Positions 40,161 to 50,466 of a stretch of DNA of 64,000 nucleotides are shown here, piece by piece. Position numbers and translations under genes: made by a program. Each line of letters begins with the position of its first letter. Positions within the stretch are counted from its first letter, which is position 1. The DNA comes from a bacterium (lineage in GTDB: Bacteria > JAAXHH01): assembly GCA_963665755.1 (NCBI GenBank), contig OY762445.1, forward strand, positions 146,224 to 210,223. The letters are read 5' to 3'. The notes under the pieces were generated by a model. It saw only the letters and a list, made by a program, of their open reading frames with translations. It was not told the DNA's origin and made no database searches.

Positions 40161-40856
40161 TCATCCGTCGTCTCCGAAGAGTCTTCGTCGCGTATCGATC
40201 ACGATATCGGCCATGTTTTCCCACGACGTGCGGGACGTGTTGAAAACCATGTGGTACAGCGTCGGGTCCGTCCAGTCGCGGTGATAGTTGTGCTGCAAGT
40301 ACAATGCCCGCTGCCGGTCCTTCTCCTTGATGAGTTCAGCGGCCCGGTCATGCGCAAGGTTCATCTCGTCCATAATCACGTCGACCCGGTATTCGAATGG
40401 CGCGATGAACCGGGTGTGGAAGACGTTCTTGCTGTCCGACAGGATGCACTGGCTGCCGCGCCCGACGATGATGATATGTTTTCTGTCGGACAGCGAACGG
40501 ATGGTATCCTGGAGGATCTGGAGGTATTCTCCCCGATCCAGAAACGTGTTCTTGAGCGAAGTGGGATCCTTCGTTCCTTCGTCGTCCCCCGGTACATAGG
40601 GCCAGATGAGCGGCGGATATTCAGGGGACAGGGAGTAGACAGTTGTGGGGGTGAACAATTCGCCGAGAAATCGCCTGATGGTCGATTCTCCCACTTCGTC
40701 CAACTGCTCGACGACATCTTCCGAAACGCCCGCGGTATGAGCGATCTCGGCAATGAGTTCCTTGTCCACGCAATCATAGCCGAGGCGGTCCGCGATGATT
40801 TTCGCGATGTCCTTCCCGCCGCTGCCGTATTCTCTGGCAACCGTTATGATGCTCAT
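40161..40856 (-). CDS. cytidylate kinase-like family P-loop protein
   Basis: N-terminal P-loop (AREYGSGGKDIAKIIADRLGY) in the Cytidylate_kin2-like arrangement. Confidence 0.6.
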   Translation of the reverse strand: MSIITVAREYGSGGKDIAKIIADRLGYDCVDKELIAEIAHTAGVSEDVVEQLDEVGESTIRRFLGELFTPTTVYSLSPEYPPLIWPYVPGDDEGTKDPTSLKNTFLDRGEYLQILQDTIRSLSDRKHIIIVGRGSQCILSDSKNVFHTRFIAPFEYRVDVIMDEMNLAHDRAAELIKEKDRQRALYLQHNYHRDWTDPTLYHMVFNTSRTSWENMADIVIDTRRRLFGDDG

Positions 40857-40921
40857 GATGGACTCCTTAGTTGCGTGCAGCCGTCGAAGGAGGCGAGTAA
40901 ACCGTTAGAAAGCGCCCCGCC

Positions 40922-41770
40922 ATGCCCCTTCATGAACCGTTGGACGAGACCGCGGGCTTCCTGGGTTCGCAGGGGTTTGCAACGGCCCGTTTCGGGATGA
41001 TCCTGGGCACTGGATTCGGTGCTTGCGTCCAGGCAGTCGAACAGAAATCCGTTGTGCCCTACGGTTCTATCCCCCATTTTCCGGTGTCGACCGTTAAGGG
41101 CCACGAGGGCAACCTCGTCTTCGGCGCCATGGGCGAGGCATCCGTGATTGTGATGCAGGGCCGTATCCATCTGTACGAGGGATACGACGCGAGCCAGATT
41201 GCGTATCCCCTCGAGGTGATGCGCCGGTTCGGCGTCGAGGTTCTGATCGTGACCAATGCCGCCGGTGGACTGAATCCGCGGTACGCGCCGGGTGACCTCA
41301 TGGTCGTTCGCCAGCATATCCATCCCATTGGTCGTCACATGATGGGAAACCTGACTCCAGGTACAGACCGTGATCCCTGTTACGATGAGGATTTGAGGGC
41401 ATCGCTTCTACAGATTAGTATACAAAGAAATCGGTCTGTTCAACAGGGAATTTTAGCATGGATGCCAGGACCTTCTTTCGAGACCCGTGCCGAAATCTCT
41501 CTGCTGAAAACGCTGGGAGCAGATGCGGTGACCATGTCTACCGTACCGGAAGTACTGGCAGGCCGGGGGCTTGGTATGCGGACCGCGGCCGTATCGTGCA
41601 TTTCCAATGTCTGGACCGGTCGAACCGGCGAATCCGCAGACGTCGCCGACGTAGTGTCAACGGTTGAATCGTCGGCCGGCCTCTGTTCGGATCTGCTGGT
41701 CCGCCTGGTCCGCCTGGTCCGCCAGATCGGCCTGGCCGGTCGGGACCGCAGGGTGGCTGGCCAACATTAA
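40922..41770 (+). CDS. purine nucleoside phosphorylase (PNP-I family)
   Basis: GTGFG phosphate-binding motif and the SMSTVPE ... conserved core. The C-terminus is extended by an (LVR)3 repeat. Confidence 0.8.
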   Translation: MPLHEPLDETAGFLGSQGFATARFGMILGTGFGACVQAVEQKSVVPYGSIPHFPVSTVKGHEGNLVFGAMGEASVIVMQGRIHLYEGYDASQIAYPLEVMRRFGVEVLIVTNAAGGLNPRYAPGDLMVVRQHIHPIGRHMMGNLTPGTDRDPCYDEDLRASLLQISIQRNRSVQQGILAWMPGPSFETRAEISLLKTLGADAVTMSTVPEVLAGRGLGMRTAAVSCISNVWTGRTGESADVADVVSTVESSAGLCSDLLVRLVRLVRQIGLAGRDRRVAGQH

Positions 41771-41811
41771 GACGGTTGTAATTTAACATTTATAACGCAA
41801 GCGAGTCGAAT

Positions 41812-42687
41812 ATGGCCTGGTTTGAAAGAAGACAGCGGGGTTTAAACCCGCAGAAGCGCAAGGAAATCCCGAAGGGGTTATGGGTAAAGTGCGACAAGTG
41901 CGACGCCATGCTGTACAAGGCGGAGCTCGAACGGGACTTCAATGTGTGCACCCAGTGCGGGTTTCATTTCAAGATCGGCCATCAGGCGTATATCTCCCTG
42001 ATCATGGACACGGACACCTTCGAGGAGACCGACACGGATCTGCGCACCGTCGATCCGCTCGAGTTCAAGGAGAAGGAGAACTACCCGGACTACATGAAGC
42101 GGTACCAGAAAAGGACGGGCATGAGGGAGGCCGTGGTGTCGGGCACCGGCCGCATCGACGGAAGGCTCGTATCCCTGTCCATCCACGATGGTTCCTTCCT
42201 GGCCGGGAGCATGGGGTCCGTGGTCGGCGAGAAAGTGACGCGATCCATCAGAAGGTCGCTCGACCTGGAGATACCGCTGCTTGTGGTCGCCACTTCGGGG
42301 GGAGCCCGCATGCAGGAAGGCATCCTCTCCCTCATGCAGATGGCGAAGACTTCACTCTGGCTGAACCGCCTGTCGGAGGAGAAGATCCCTTTTGTCGTCG
42401 TGATTACGAATCCGACCATGGCCGGCGTGATGGCGAGTTATGCTTCGCTGGGAGACTTCACCCTGGCAGAGCCGGGCGCCATGATGGGCTTCGCCGGTGG
42501 AAGGGTGATCGAACAGACCATAGGGTCGAGTCTGCCGGAAGGATTCCAGACCGCCGAGTTTTTCCTGACCAAAGGTTTCGTGGACCAGGTCGTACCCAGG
42601 ACCAGTTTGCGGGAGAAGCTGGTCACGATCCTGGGTTTTTTCCCGGATCGGGAGAAGAAGGAAGCACAGGCAAAAGAAGCGCCTTGA
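41812..42687 (+). CDS. accD: acetyl-CoA carboxylase carboxyltransferase beta subunit
   Basis: N-terminal C4 zinc ribbon (CDKCDAMLYK..CTQCGFH) followed by the carboxyltransferase domain. Confidence 0.9.
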   Translation: MAWFERRQRGLNPQKRKEIPKGLWVKCDKCDAMLYKAELERDFNVCTQCGFHFKIGHQAYISLIMDTDTFEETDTDLRTVDPLEFKEKENYPDYMKRYQKRTGMREAVVSGTGRIDGRLVSLSIHDGSFLAGSMGSVVGEKVTRSIRRSLDLEIPLLVVATSGGARMQEGILSLMQMAKTSLWLNRLSEEKIPFVVVITNPTMAGVMASYASLGDFTLAEPGAMMGFAGGRVIEQTIGSSLPEGFQTAEFFLTKGFVDQVVPRTSLREKLVTILGFFPDREKKEAQAKEAP

Positions 42688-42824
42688 TATGCCTGCCGCC
42701 AGGCAGGATGGCCCTGCCCTGTCGCCCTGTCATGAGCGGTACGAGTGGTACCGTCCCTGGATCAGTGCGCCTCTGGCGGCTCGCAGCCTCAGGCGGCTCG
42801 CATGCCTCAGGCAGCTCGCAGGCG

Positions 42825-44234
42825 CTACGATTCCAGCATGAGCTTGTTAAGTGAATCTTCGGGGACGACCGGGTAGTCTCCGCTGAAGCAGGCCGTACAA
42901 TACCCCGTCCCTGACTTGCCGTATTCCTTCGCGATTTTTACCATGCCCTCGATGGACAAGTAACCCAGGCTGTCCGCACCCAGGTATGTGCGGATCTCAT
43001 CCACCCGAGTCTGCGAAGCGATGAGCTCACCCCGGCTCTGCATGTCGATCCCGTAATAGCACGGGTGGCGGATGGGGGGACTGCTGATCCGCACGTGTAC
43101 CTCGGAGGCACCCGCGCTGCGGATGAGCCTTACCAGCTGATTGAGCGTCGTGCCCCGCACGATGGAATCGTCCACGAGGACCACCCGCCGGTTTCGCAGC
43201 ACGCCCTGGACCGGGTTGTACTTCAGTCTCACCGTGAACTCCCGCATGGACTGGTCCGGGTCGATAAATGACCGTCCCACGTAGTGATTTCTGATCAGGC
43301 CGATTTCGAACCGGATTCCCGAATGCTCTGAGTAGCCCAGCGCGGCGGTTGTGGCGGAATCGGGCACGGCGATAACGATATCGGCGTTCACGGGGTGCTC
43401 CTCCGCCAGCCGGCGGCCGAAACGCCGGCGGAACTTGTCGCTGTTTTCCCCGAAAACCTTGCTGTCGGGCCGGGCGAAATAAATGTATTCGAAGATGCAG
43501 GAGGCAGGTTCCGCGCGATCGAAGGGAAAGTAGGACTGGATTCCGTTCTCGTCGATGACGACCATTTCCCCCGGGTTCACTTCCCTGACGTACTCCGCGT
43601 TCATGATGTCGAAGGCGCAGGTTTCCGAAGCGAGCACGTGGGCATCCCCGATGCGTCCCAGACATAGCGGGCGGAATCCGCGGGGATCCCGAACGCCAAT
43701 GAGTTGCGTCCCGGACAGGAATACGATGGAATAGGCGCCTTCGACGTGGCGTAAGGCGTCGGAGATCATGGAGGGAAGGTCTGGCTCGTTGGATCGGGCG
43801 ATGAGATGCAGGACGATCTCGCTGTCGGACGAGGTGCGGAATATGGATCCGGTCTCTTCCATCGACAGGTGGAGCGCGCCGGTATTGGTGAAATTACCGT
43901 TGTGAGCGGTGGCCAACTGTCCGCGCTTGAAGTTGACCATGAAGGGCTGTGCGTTGTCGACGTTGGACGTGCCGGTGGTGGAATACCGGTTGTGGCCGAT
44001 GGCGATATGGCCATCGAGATCGGCCACGCGATCGCCGTGCTCATAGGCTTCGCTGACCAGTCCCATGGCGCGGTGGGACTCGATATGGTCGCCGTCGGAG
44101 ACGGCCATGCCGGAGCTTTCCTGGCCGCGGTGCTGGAGGGCGTATAGGCCCAGAAAGGTCAGCTTGGCGGCAGCCGGGTCGCCGTAAATGCCGAAGACAC
44201 CGCACTCCTCGCGAATTTCGTCGTCTTCCCACAT
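42825..44234 (-). CDS. purF: amidophosphoribosyltransferase
   Basis: N-terminal nucleophile CGVFGI after a short propeptide, and a PRTase domain. Confidence 0.9.
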   Translation of the reverse strand: MWEDDEIREECGVFGIYGDPAAAKLTFLGLYALQHRGQESSGMAVSDGDHIESHRAMGLVSEAYEHGDRVADLDGHIAIGHNRYSTTGTSNVDNAQPFMVNFKRGQLATAHNGNFTNTGALHLSMEETGSIFRTSSDSEIVLHLIARSNEPDLPSMISDALRHVEGAYSIVFLSGTQLIGVRDPRGFRPLCLGRIGDAHVLASETCAFDIMNAEYVREVNPGEMVVIDENGIQSYFPFDRAEPASCIFEYIYFARPDSKVFGENSDKFRRRFGRRLAEEHPVNADIVIAVPDSATTAALGYSEHSGIRFEIGLIRNHYVGRSFIDPDQSMREFTVRLKYNPVQGVLRNRRVVLVDDSIVRGTTLNQLVRLIRSAGASEVHVRISSPPIRHPCYYGIDMQSRGELIASQTRVDEIRTYLGADSLGYLSIEGMVKIAKEYGKSGTGYCTACFSGDYPVVPEDSLNKLMLES

Positions 44235-44346
44235 TGGCTCACCCCGGTTGTGTTTTCAAGAAACCCACCGACATTATACGTGCCGGCCGCCACAAAGTCC
44301 ACCGCAATTTCAAAGAATCGTCGTACTTTGTAACCGGGCCATTTTC

Positions 44347-44376
44347 GTTGACACTGTGGGTAGCGAAACCTACATT
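44347..44376 (+). promoter_or_regulatory. candidate sigma70-like promoter for ndk (TTGACA-18-TACATT)
   Basis: Hexamers read directly in the purF/ndk divergent intergenic region. Confidence 0.3.
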
Positions 44377-44429
44377 GCACGAGGTTGAAATCCACTGAGT
44401 CGACCCACTTTTTCAAGGAGAATCAGTCC

Positions 44430-44891
44430 GTGGAACGAACGCTTGTACTCATCAAGCCGGATGCCGTGCAGCGCGGGATGATCGGCCTCGTCACCGGCCG
44501 TTTCGAAAGCAAGGGGCTCAAGGTCGCCGGTCTCAAGATGATGCAGCTGACCGATGGGATACTGAACGAGCACTACGGACACCTGTCCGACAAGCCCTTT
44601 TTCCCCCGAATCAAGTCCTTCATGCAGGAAACGCCGGTAGTGGCAATGTGTCTTGAAGGCGTCGATGCCGTGGACGTCGTGCGGAGCCTTTGCGGTGTGA
44701 CGAACGCGCGGCAGGCCTCCCCGGGCACGATCAGAGGCGATTTCGGCATGAGCGTGCAGTGCAACCTGGTGCACGCTTCCGATTCCCTGGAGACGGCGCG
44801 GGCCGAAGTGCCCCGTTTCTTTTCCGACGCCGAGCTGTTCACCTACGCGAAGGCGGATGACACCGTAGTCTACGCCGACGATGAGCGGTAG
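44430..44891 (+). CDS. ndk: nucleoside diphosphate kinase
   Basis: AAGGAGAA SD 8 nt before GTG at 44430. Active-site NLVHASD. The ORF-track ATG at 44385 adds an untypical 15-aa extension. Confidence 0.85.
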   Translation: MERTLVLIKPDAVQRGMIGLVTGRFESKGLKVAGLKMMQLTDGILNEHYGHLSDKPFFPRIKSFMQETPVVAMCLEGVDAVDVVRSLCGVTNARQASPGTIRGDFGMSVQCNLVHASDSLETARAEVPRFFSDAELFTYAKADDTVVYADDER

Positions 44892-44912
44892 TCGTCCCCA
44901 CCCCGGTCAGGC

Positions 44913-47129
44913 ATGGACATTCTCACCGGTACCATCGAACGCATCACCTACCAGAGCGAGGAGACCGGCTACACGGTCGCGCGAATGCGCGCCGAACCGG
45001 ACGCCTGCCGGACTACCGAGAACCTTGCCCGCGCATCCACGCGGGACGGACTGCTGACCATAACGGGCGAACTTGCGAAAATGGCGCCCGGCGAACGCGT
45101 CGAAGTCGCCGGATACTGGGTAACACACAAGCAGTACGGCAAGCAGTTCAAGATCGTAGATTCCAAGACGATCCAGCCCACTTCCGCGGACGGCATACGC
45201 AAGTACCTGGGTTCGGGGCTCATCAAGGGACTGGGGCCGGCCAAGGCCGCGATGATCGTCGATCACTTCGGCGAAGACACCCTCACGGTCATCGAAAAGA
45301 CGCCGAACCGGCTGTCCGAAGTCAAGGGCATCGCGCGGAAGACCATCGCCGTAATCAGATCGGGCTGGGAGGAACAGAAGCACATCCAGGAGGTCATGCA
45401 GTTTCTGATCGGTCATAACGTCAGCATGGCCTACGCGGTGAAAATCTACAAGACTTACGGTAACGAGGCCATCAGGCAGGTCACGGAGAATCCATACCGC
45501 CTGTCCACGGACATCTGGGGCATCGGTTTCAAGACCGCCGACAAGATCGCCATGAACCTGGGAGTCGATCCCGGAGACCCCGCCCGGGTCCAGGCCGGCA
45601 TCCGGTATGTCCTGGAGACCCAGGCCGACGACGGTCACGTCTACGTGCCCTTCGAAGCGCTCGTCGAGGAGTGCATCGGCTTTCTGGACGTGGATCCCGC
45701 CGCCGTTCCGACCGGTCTTGAAGCCCTGGTCAAGGCCGAGGTCGTCCTTCGCGATGACGACCGGGTTTATCTCCAGCCTCTCTATTACGCCGAGCAGGGG
45801 ATAGCGCGGAATATCGCCCGCCTGGCCGATCATCGGCGCACCCCGCCGTCCACCGGACGAATCGACGAACACATCGGGCATATAGAAAAGGAACGGGGCA
45901 TCGTCTTCAACGGGGAACAGCGCGAGGCGATCCACACTTCGGCTTCTCAGAGCGTCCTGGCGATAACCGGAGGGCCCGGAACCGGCAAGACCACCTGCGT
46001 GCAGGGCATTGTCTACCTGTTCACGCGCGTGGGCGGAAAAGTGTTGCTCGCGGCGCCGACCGGCCGTGCCGCGAAACGGCTGTCCGAAGTGACCGGCGCC
46101 GAAGCGAAGACCATCCACCGGCTGCTCGAGTTCAACCCGGGCGTCATGGAATTCGGCCGCGACCAGGATAACCGGCTGGAAGCCGACCTGGTCATCCTGG
46201 ACGAGTCCTCCATGGTGGATACGGTCCTGATGAACGCCCTGCTTCGGGCCGTGAAGACCTCCGCCCGCTTCATCATGGTCGGCGACGTCGACCAGTTGCC
46301 TTCGGTGGGCGCGGGCAACGTCCTCCGGGATATGATCGACGCCGGCCATGTACCAGTGGTCCGACTGACCGAGATCTTTCGCCAGGCCCTGGAAAGCAGC
46401 ATCGTGATGAATGCGCACCGGGTAAACCGGGGCGAAATGCCGGACACGAAGAACAGGAACGAGGGCGATTTCTTTTTCATCAACGAACCCGACCCGTCGG
46501 CCGGCGCAGATCGGATCGCCGAACTGTGCACGGATCGCCTGCCCCGAAGCTACGGACTCGATCCCTTCAACGATATCCAGGTGATCACCCCCATGTACCG
46601 CGGGGATATCGGCGTGGATCAACTCAACCTGAAGCTGCAGCAGGTGCTGAACCCGTCGGGGTCCTCCCTGCAGCGGGGCGACCGGGAATTGCGCGAAGGC
46701 GACAAGGTCCTGCAGACGCGGAACAATTACGGGAAAATGACCTTCAACGGCGATATCGGCCGCATCAGGCAGATCGACCCGGATGCCCAGACCGTGGACA
46801 TCTCCTTCCAGGATACCGTCCGGTACGACTATGGCGAACTGGACGAACTGATCCTGGCTTACGCCATCAGCGTCCACAAAAGCCAGGGGTCCGAGTATCC
46901 GGCCATCATCCTGCCGCTCTACAGCACCCACTACATCATGCTGCAGCGAAACCTGCTGTATACCGCGCTGACCCGGGCCAGGGCGCTGGCCGTCATCATC
47001 GGGACGCCCAAGGCCCTTGCCATCGCGGTGAAGAATAACCAGGTCGTCGAGCGCTACACGGGTCTCCGGGAAGCGCTGGGCGCATCGATCGGCGACCGGA
47101 CCGGGGTCCTTCCGGGCCTTTCGTCATGA
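44913..47129 (+). CDS. recD2: ATP-dependent RecD-like DNA helicase
   Basis: N-terminal OB/HhH region. Walker A GGPGTGKTT. RecD-type helicase motifs and a C-terminal SH3-like domain. Confidence 0.85.
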   Translation: MDILTGTIERITYQSEETGYTVARMRAEPDACRTTENLARASTRDGLLTITGELAKMAPGERVEVAGYWVTHKQYGKQFKIVDSKTIQPTSADGIRKYLGSGLIKGLGPAKAAMIVDHFGEDTLTVIEKTPNRLSEVKGIARKTIAVIRSGWEEQKHIQEVMQFLIGHNVSMAYAVKIYKTYGNEAIRQVTENPYRLSTDIWGIGFKTADKIAMNLGVDPGDPARVQAGIRYVLETQADDGHVYVPFEALVEECIGFLDVDPAAVPTGLEALVKAEVVLRDDDRVYLQPLYYAEQGIARNIARLADHRRTPPSTGRIDEHIGHIEKERGIVFNGEQREAIHTSASQSVLAITGGPGTGKTTCVQGIVYLFTRVGGKVLLAAPTGRAAKRLSEVTGAEAKTIHRLLEFNPGVMEFGRDQDNRLEADLVILDESSMVDTVLMNALLRAVKTSARFIMVGDVDQLPSVGAGNVLRDMIDAGHVPVVRLTEIFRQALESSIVMNAHRVNRGEMPDTKNRNEGDFFFINEPDPSAGADRIAELCTDRLPRSYGLDPFNDIQVITPMYRGDIGVDQLNLKLQQVLNPSGSSLQRGDRELREGDKVLQTRNNYGKMTFNGDIGRIRQIDPDAQTVDISFQDTVRYDYGELDELILAYAISVHKSQGSEYPAIILPLYSTHYIMLQRNLLYTALTRARALAVIIGTPKALAIAVKNNQVVERYTGLREALGASIGDRTGVLPGLSS

Positions 47130-47151
47130 GATTCGGGAAAGGAAATACACC

Positions 47152-47179
47152 TTGACAGTGATAAGTGGGGTCCTATCTT
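47152..47179 (+). promoter_or_regulatory. candidate sigma70-like promoter (TTGACA-16-TATCTT) ahead of membrane paralog B
   Basis: Read directly, followed by an AT-rich about 150-nt leader. Confidence 0.3.
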
Positions 47180-47333
47180 GTCTGACTTGGTATCCGACCA
47201 TGCATGACCCTACGAGTTTTAAATAGATAACTGCCAATGTATATAATTAGTATCTAGTTGGCGTACAGGGTGTTACAGGAATCAACCGCTGTATCCCTTC
47301 AGGGGGTGTCCGGTGTCGGTGCGTGAAGAGGAA

Positions 47334-49337
47334 ATGAAGGAAGACAGACCGGAACAGTATCGGAATGCCGATACCGCGTTGTTCGGAGAATCGGACGAAC
47401 CCTACCTTTCAGGATTCAACCTGAAGACGATCTGGGCGTGCCTGTTCGTCGGTTTCGTCATGTTGCCGGGATCGATCTACCTGAGCCTGGTGACGGGTGG
47501 GCAGACCGGCGCGGCGGACTGGGTTACCGTCATCCTGTTCCTCGAGATCGCCAAACGGTCCCTCGTCAAGATGACCCGGCAGGAAATCATGATCCTGTAC
47601 TGGGCCGCGGCCGGACTGGCCGCCGCGGGGAACGCGATGAACACCGGCATCACCGGCGGTCCCTTCGCCCACCTGATCTGGGAGCAGTACTACCTGCAGT
47701 CTCCGGAAGCCACGGGCATCGCCACGCTGATCCCCACCTGGGTCGTTCCGACGCTGGATTCCGGGGCGCTGGCGAGCCGGACGTTCTTCCACATGGACTG
47801 GTTCGTGCCCGTCCTCGTCCTCACCGCGGTGACCGTCCTCTTCGCGGTCAATTCCTATTCGATGGGGTACATTCTCTTCCGGGTTACCAACGACGTGGAG
47901 AGGCTGACCTTCCCCCTGGCGAGGGTGCACGCGGGCGGCGCAACGGCGCTGGCCGAGACTTCGCAGAACAAGGAGGGCTGGCGATGGCGGGCATTCAGCA
48001 TCGGATCCGTAATCGGGGTGTCCTGGGGACTCCTGTACGTGATGATACCCATCCTGTCCAGCACGTTCCTGGTCACGCCCATCACCATATTGCCCATCCC
48101 CTTCATCGATTTCACCACCAGTCTCAAGGAAGTGTTGCCCGCGACCATGGTGGGCATCGGGACCGATCTCGGCACCCTCGTCGCGGGATTCGTCCTGCCC
48201 TTCTGGGTCGTGATCGGCACCTTCGTGTCGTCGGCCGTAATCGCCCTCGTCGCCAATCCCCTGCTCTATCACAACGGCATCCTGACCACCTGGGAACCCG
48301 GGATGTCGCTCATTCCGACCCAGATATCCAACAACATCGATTTCTGGCTCAGCTTCACCATTGGCGCCTCCCTCGTCATCGGCATCGTTGGATTCACGGC
48401 GACCATCCGGGCCATACTGAAATCCAACCGGGAGAAGCGTAACGACCCCGACGGGGACACGGGGGTGCGCCCGACGCCGGAGGGCCGGGGCGACCTGCCG
48501 ATCTGGCTCGTATTCATCTTCTGGTTCGTCAGCACGACGGGATTCGTGGTCATACTCTACTTTCTGATCCCCGACTTTCCGTGGTGGATCAGCGCCATCT
48601 TCGGATACCTCTGGTCGCCGGTATTTTCCTATATCGGGGCCCGGATGATCGGCATCACCGGCTCGCCATACGGTTCCTCCTTCCCCTTCGTCAAGGAAGC
48701 ATCCTTCCTGCTGTCAGGCTACAAGGGGGTCGCCGTGTGGTTCGCGCCGATACCCATCTTCGAACACGGAAAGGTGGCGGAAACCTTCAAGCAGCTGGAT
48801 CTCACCAAGACGACCTTCGGCAGCGTGGTCAAGCTGACCGCGGTGACCACCATCCTGATGTTCGTCTGCAGCTTCATCTTCTACTCGCTCGTGTGGAAGC
48901 TCAACCCGATCCCGTCGGCAGCCTATCCCTTCGTGCAGAAGATGTGGCCCCTCAACGCGGCCATGCGGACCATCTGGGTGAAGTCCACCCTGCCCGGCGG
49001 CATCACGTTCATCTTCGATATCATCAAGATCGAGTATATCATCGCCGGCCTGGGCGTAACGGGCGGGCTGTTCGGTCTGCTCACGCTCGTGGGCGCCTCG
49101 CCGCTTTTCTTCTACGGCCTGGTCGGCGGCCTGGCCATGCCGCTCTGGCAGACCCTGCCGACCTTCTTCGGCGCCATCCTTGGGCGCTACTACTTCTCCA
49201 AGCGCTTCGGCGAAGAGAAATGGATGGCATACGTGCCCATTGTTCTGGCCGGCTACGGGGCCGGCATCGGACTCATAGGCATGATCGCCATCGCCATCGC
49301 GCTGATATCCAAGGCGATTTCGCAGATCGTGTACTGA
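47334..49337 (+). CDS. large polytopic membrane protein of unknown function (paralog of 12037-14007)
   Basis: GAGGAA SD before ATG at 47334. At least 14 TM segments. Shares the ERLTFPL motif and architecture with 12037-14007. Confidence 0.7.
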   Translation: MKEDRPEQYRNADTALFGESDEPYLSGFNLKTIWACLFVGFVMLPGSIYLSLVTGGQTGAADWVTVILFLEIAKRSLVKMTRQEIMILYWAAAGLAAAGNAMNTGITGGPFAHLIWEQYYLQSPEATGIATLIPTWVVPTLDSGALASRTFFHMDWFVPVLVLTAVTVLFAVNSYSMGYILFRVTNDVERLTFPLARVHAGGATALAETSQNKEGWRWRAFSIGSVIGVSWGLLYVMIPILSSTFLVTPITILPIPFIDFTTSLKEVLPATMVGIGTDLGTLVAGFVLPFWVVIGTFVSSAVIALVANPLLYHNGILTTWEPGMSLIPTQISNNIDFWLSFTIGASLVIGIVGFTATIRAILKSNREKRNDPDGDTGVRPTPEGRGDLPIWLVFIFWFVSTTGFVVILYFLIPDFPWWISAIFGYLWSPVFSYIGARMIGITGSPYGSSFPFVKEASFLLSGYKGVAVWFAPIPIFEHGKVAETFKQLDLTKTTFGSVVKLTAVTTILMFVCSFIFYSLVWKLNPIPSAAYPFVQKMWPLNAAMRTIWVKSTLPGGITFIFDIIKIEYIIAGLGVTGGLFGLLTLVGASPLFFYGLVGGLAMPLWQTLPTFFGAILGRYYFSKRFGEEKWMAYVPIVLAGYGAGIGLIGMIAIAIALISKAISQIVY

Positions 49338-49455
49338 GGAAATCCGGAACCGTTCGAGGATACTGCAGAAACCGGTCGGTTGGTGGCGCTACGCCACTGG
49401 TACCTTCCGTTGCGCGGCGCCTCTTATCGAGTGCATCGGTGCGCGGAGTCAATGC

Positions 49456-50406
49456 CTAGTGGTATTCCCGCAGCGGATTAATTGATTCAGCCACGAGATC
49501 GGCTATGTCCCGCGGCACCCGCGGATTGAACGGACCGCCCTCGCCCGCCTCCACGTCTTCCCACCCCCCGATGATCATCGCCTCGATTACCGCGGAATAG
49601 TTGTACTGCCGGCTATTCATGAACCGCAGATGTTCGAGGCCTGATATGCAGGCTTCCACGCAGGCAGATTCCGCGAAGTCGCCCCGACGCTGGGCGTTGT
49701 TGATTTCATCCGCCGCGCGGGCCGCGACGATGGCGATGCCCGAGGTGTGGCCCCTGGCGCCCATTTCGGCGGCCCGGGTGCTCCGGTCGCCGATCCCCCA
49801 CATGACGATGCCGTCATCGCCGATGCCTTCGATAAGCGGAGCGACCTCTTCCTCGTTCGTACCCACCTTCACGCCGACGATGTATTGGGAGTCTTTGACG
49901 AGCCGGGTGATCGGGTTCACGTAGTCCTTCGACCGCATGTACAGCAGGAAGCGGGCGCCGCAGGATGCACCGAGCCGTTCGGCGAAAGCCATGTAATCCT
50001 CGTAGGTCTCTTCGTGATCGGCTACGCCGGTCAGCGGCATGATGAGGTAAACGTCCGGCGGACGGGGCAGGGCCGATTGCCTGCGAACGAGGTCCCCGGC
50101 CTGGGAAAGGGGATTCGGCACGATACCCGACATCAGGAACCCGTCGTCACCCATCTCCTCGCCGGTCGCAGCGATGACCCGCATCTGGTCCTCGAAGGAA
50201 AAGTGGTGGATCAGGCTCGTGCCCGCGATCCCGATCACGCGCTTCCGGTTTCCGTCCAGATAGTTGTTGTCCATCAGGTACCGGACGTTCTTCCGGTGAC
50301 CGTCCAGGTCGATGGCGCGGCCGCGGTAAGGCACGACGGGTATGGCGGTTACGGAATTCAGCGTGTCGTACAGTGCTTCTGTATGCATTGATCGGTATCC
50401 TTTCAT
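49456..50406 (-). CDS. dihydrodipicolinate synthase/N-acetylneuraminate lyase family (class I aldolase) protein
   Basis: TIM-barrel aldolase-like N-terminus (AIPVVPY..IDLDGHRKNVRYLMD); assignment moderate. Confidence 0.5.
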   Translation of the reverse strand: MKGYRSMHTEALYDTLNSVTAIPVVPYRGRAIDLDGHRKNVRYLMDNNYLDGNRKRVIGIAGTSLIHHFSFEDQMRVIAATGEEMGDDGFLMSGIVPNPLSQAGDLVRRQSALPRPPDVYLIMPLTGVADHEETYEDYMAFAERLGASCGARFLLYMRSKDYVNPITRLVKDSQYIVGVKVGTNEEEVAPLIEGIGDDGIVMWGIGDRSTRAAEMGARGHTSGIAIVAARAADEINNAQRRGDFAESACVEACISGLEHLRFMNSRQYNYSAVIEAMIIGGWEDVEAGEGGPFNPRVPRDIADLVAESINPLREYH

Positions 50407-50466
50407 CTGGCGGCTGCGGATCAGCCAGACATCGGGTCGACTCGGTGTGTCTCCAGGCCACCGGCC

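Noticed and set aside
44907-46931. 674-aa minus-strand ORF
   Set aside because: Antisense to recD2; recD2 carries Walker A and helicase motifs. The antisense product is Gly/Arg/Asp-rich without motifs.
44913-47129. RecD-like helicase as part of a defence system
   Set aside because: Full-length RecD2 architecture in a housekeeping neighbourhood (purF, ndk). No nuclease, methylase or other defence partner nearby.
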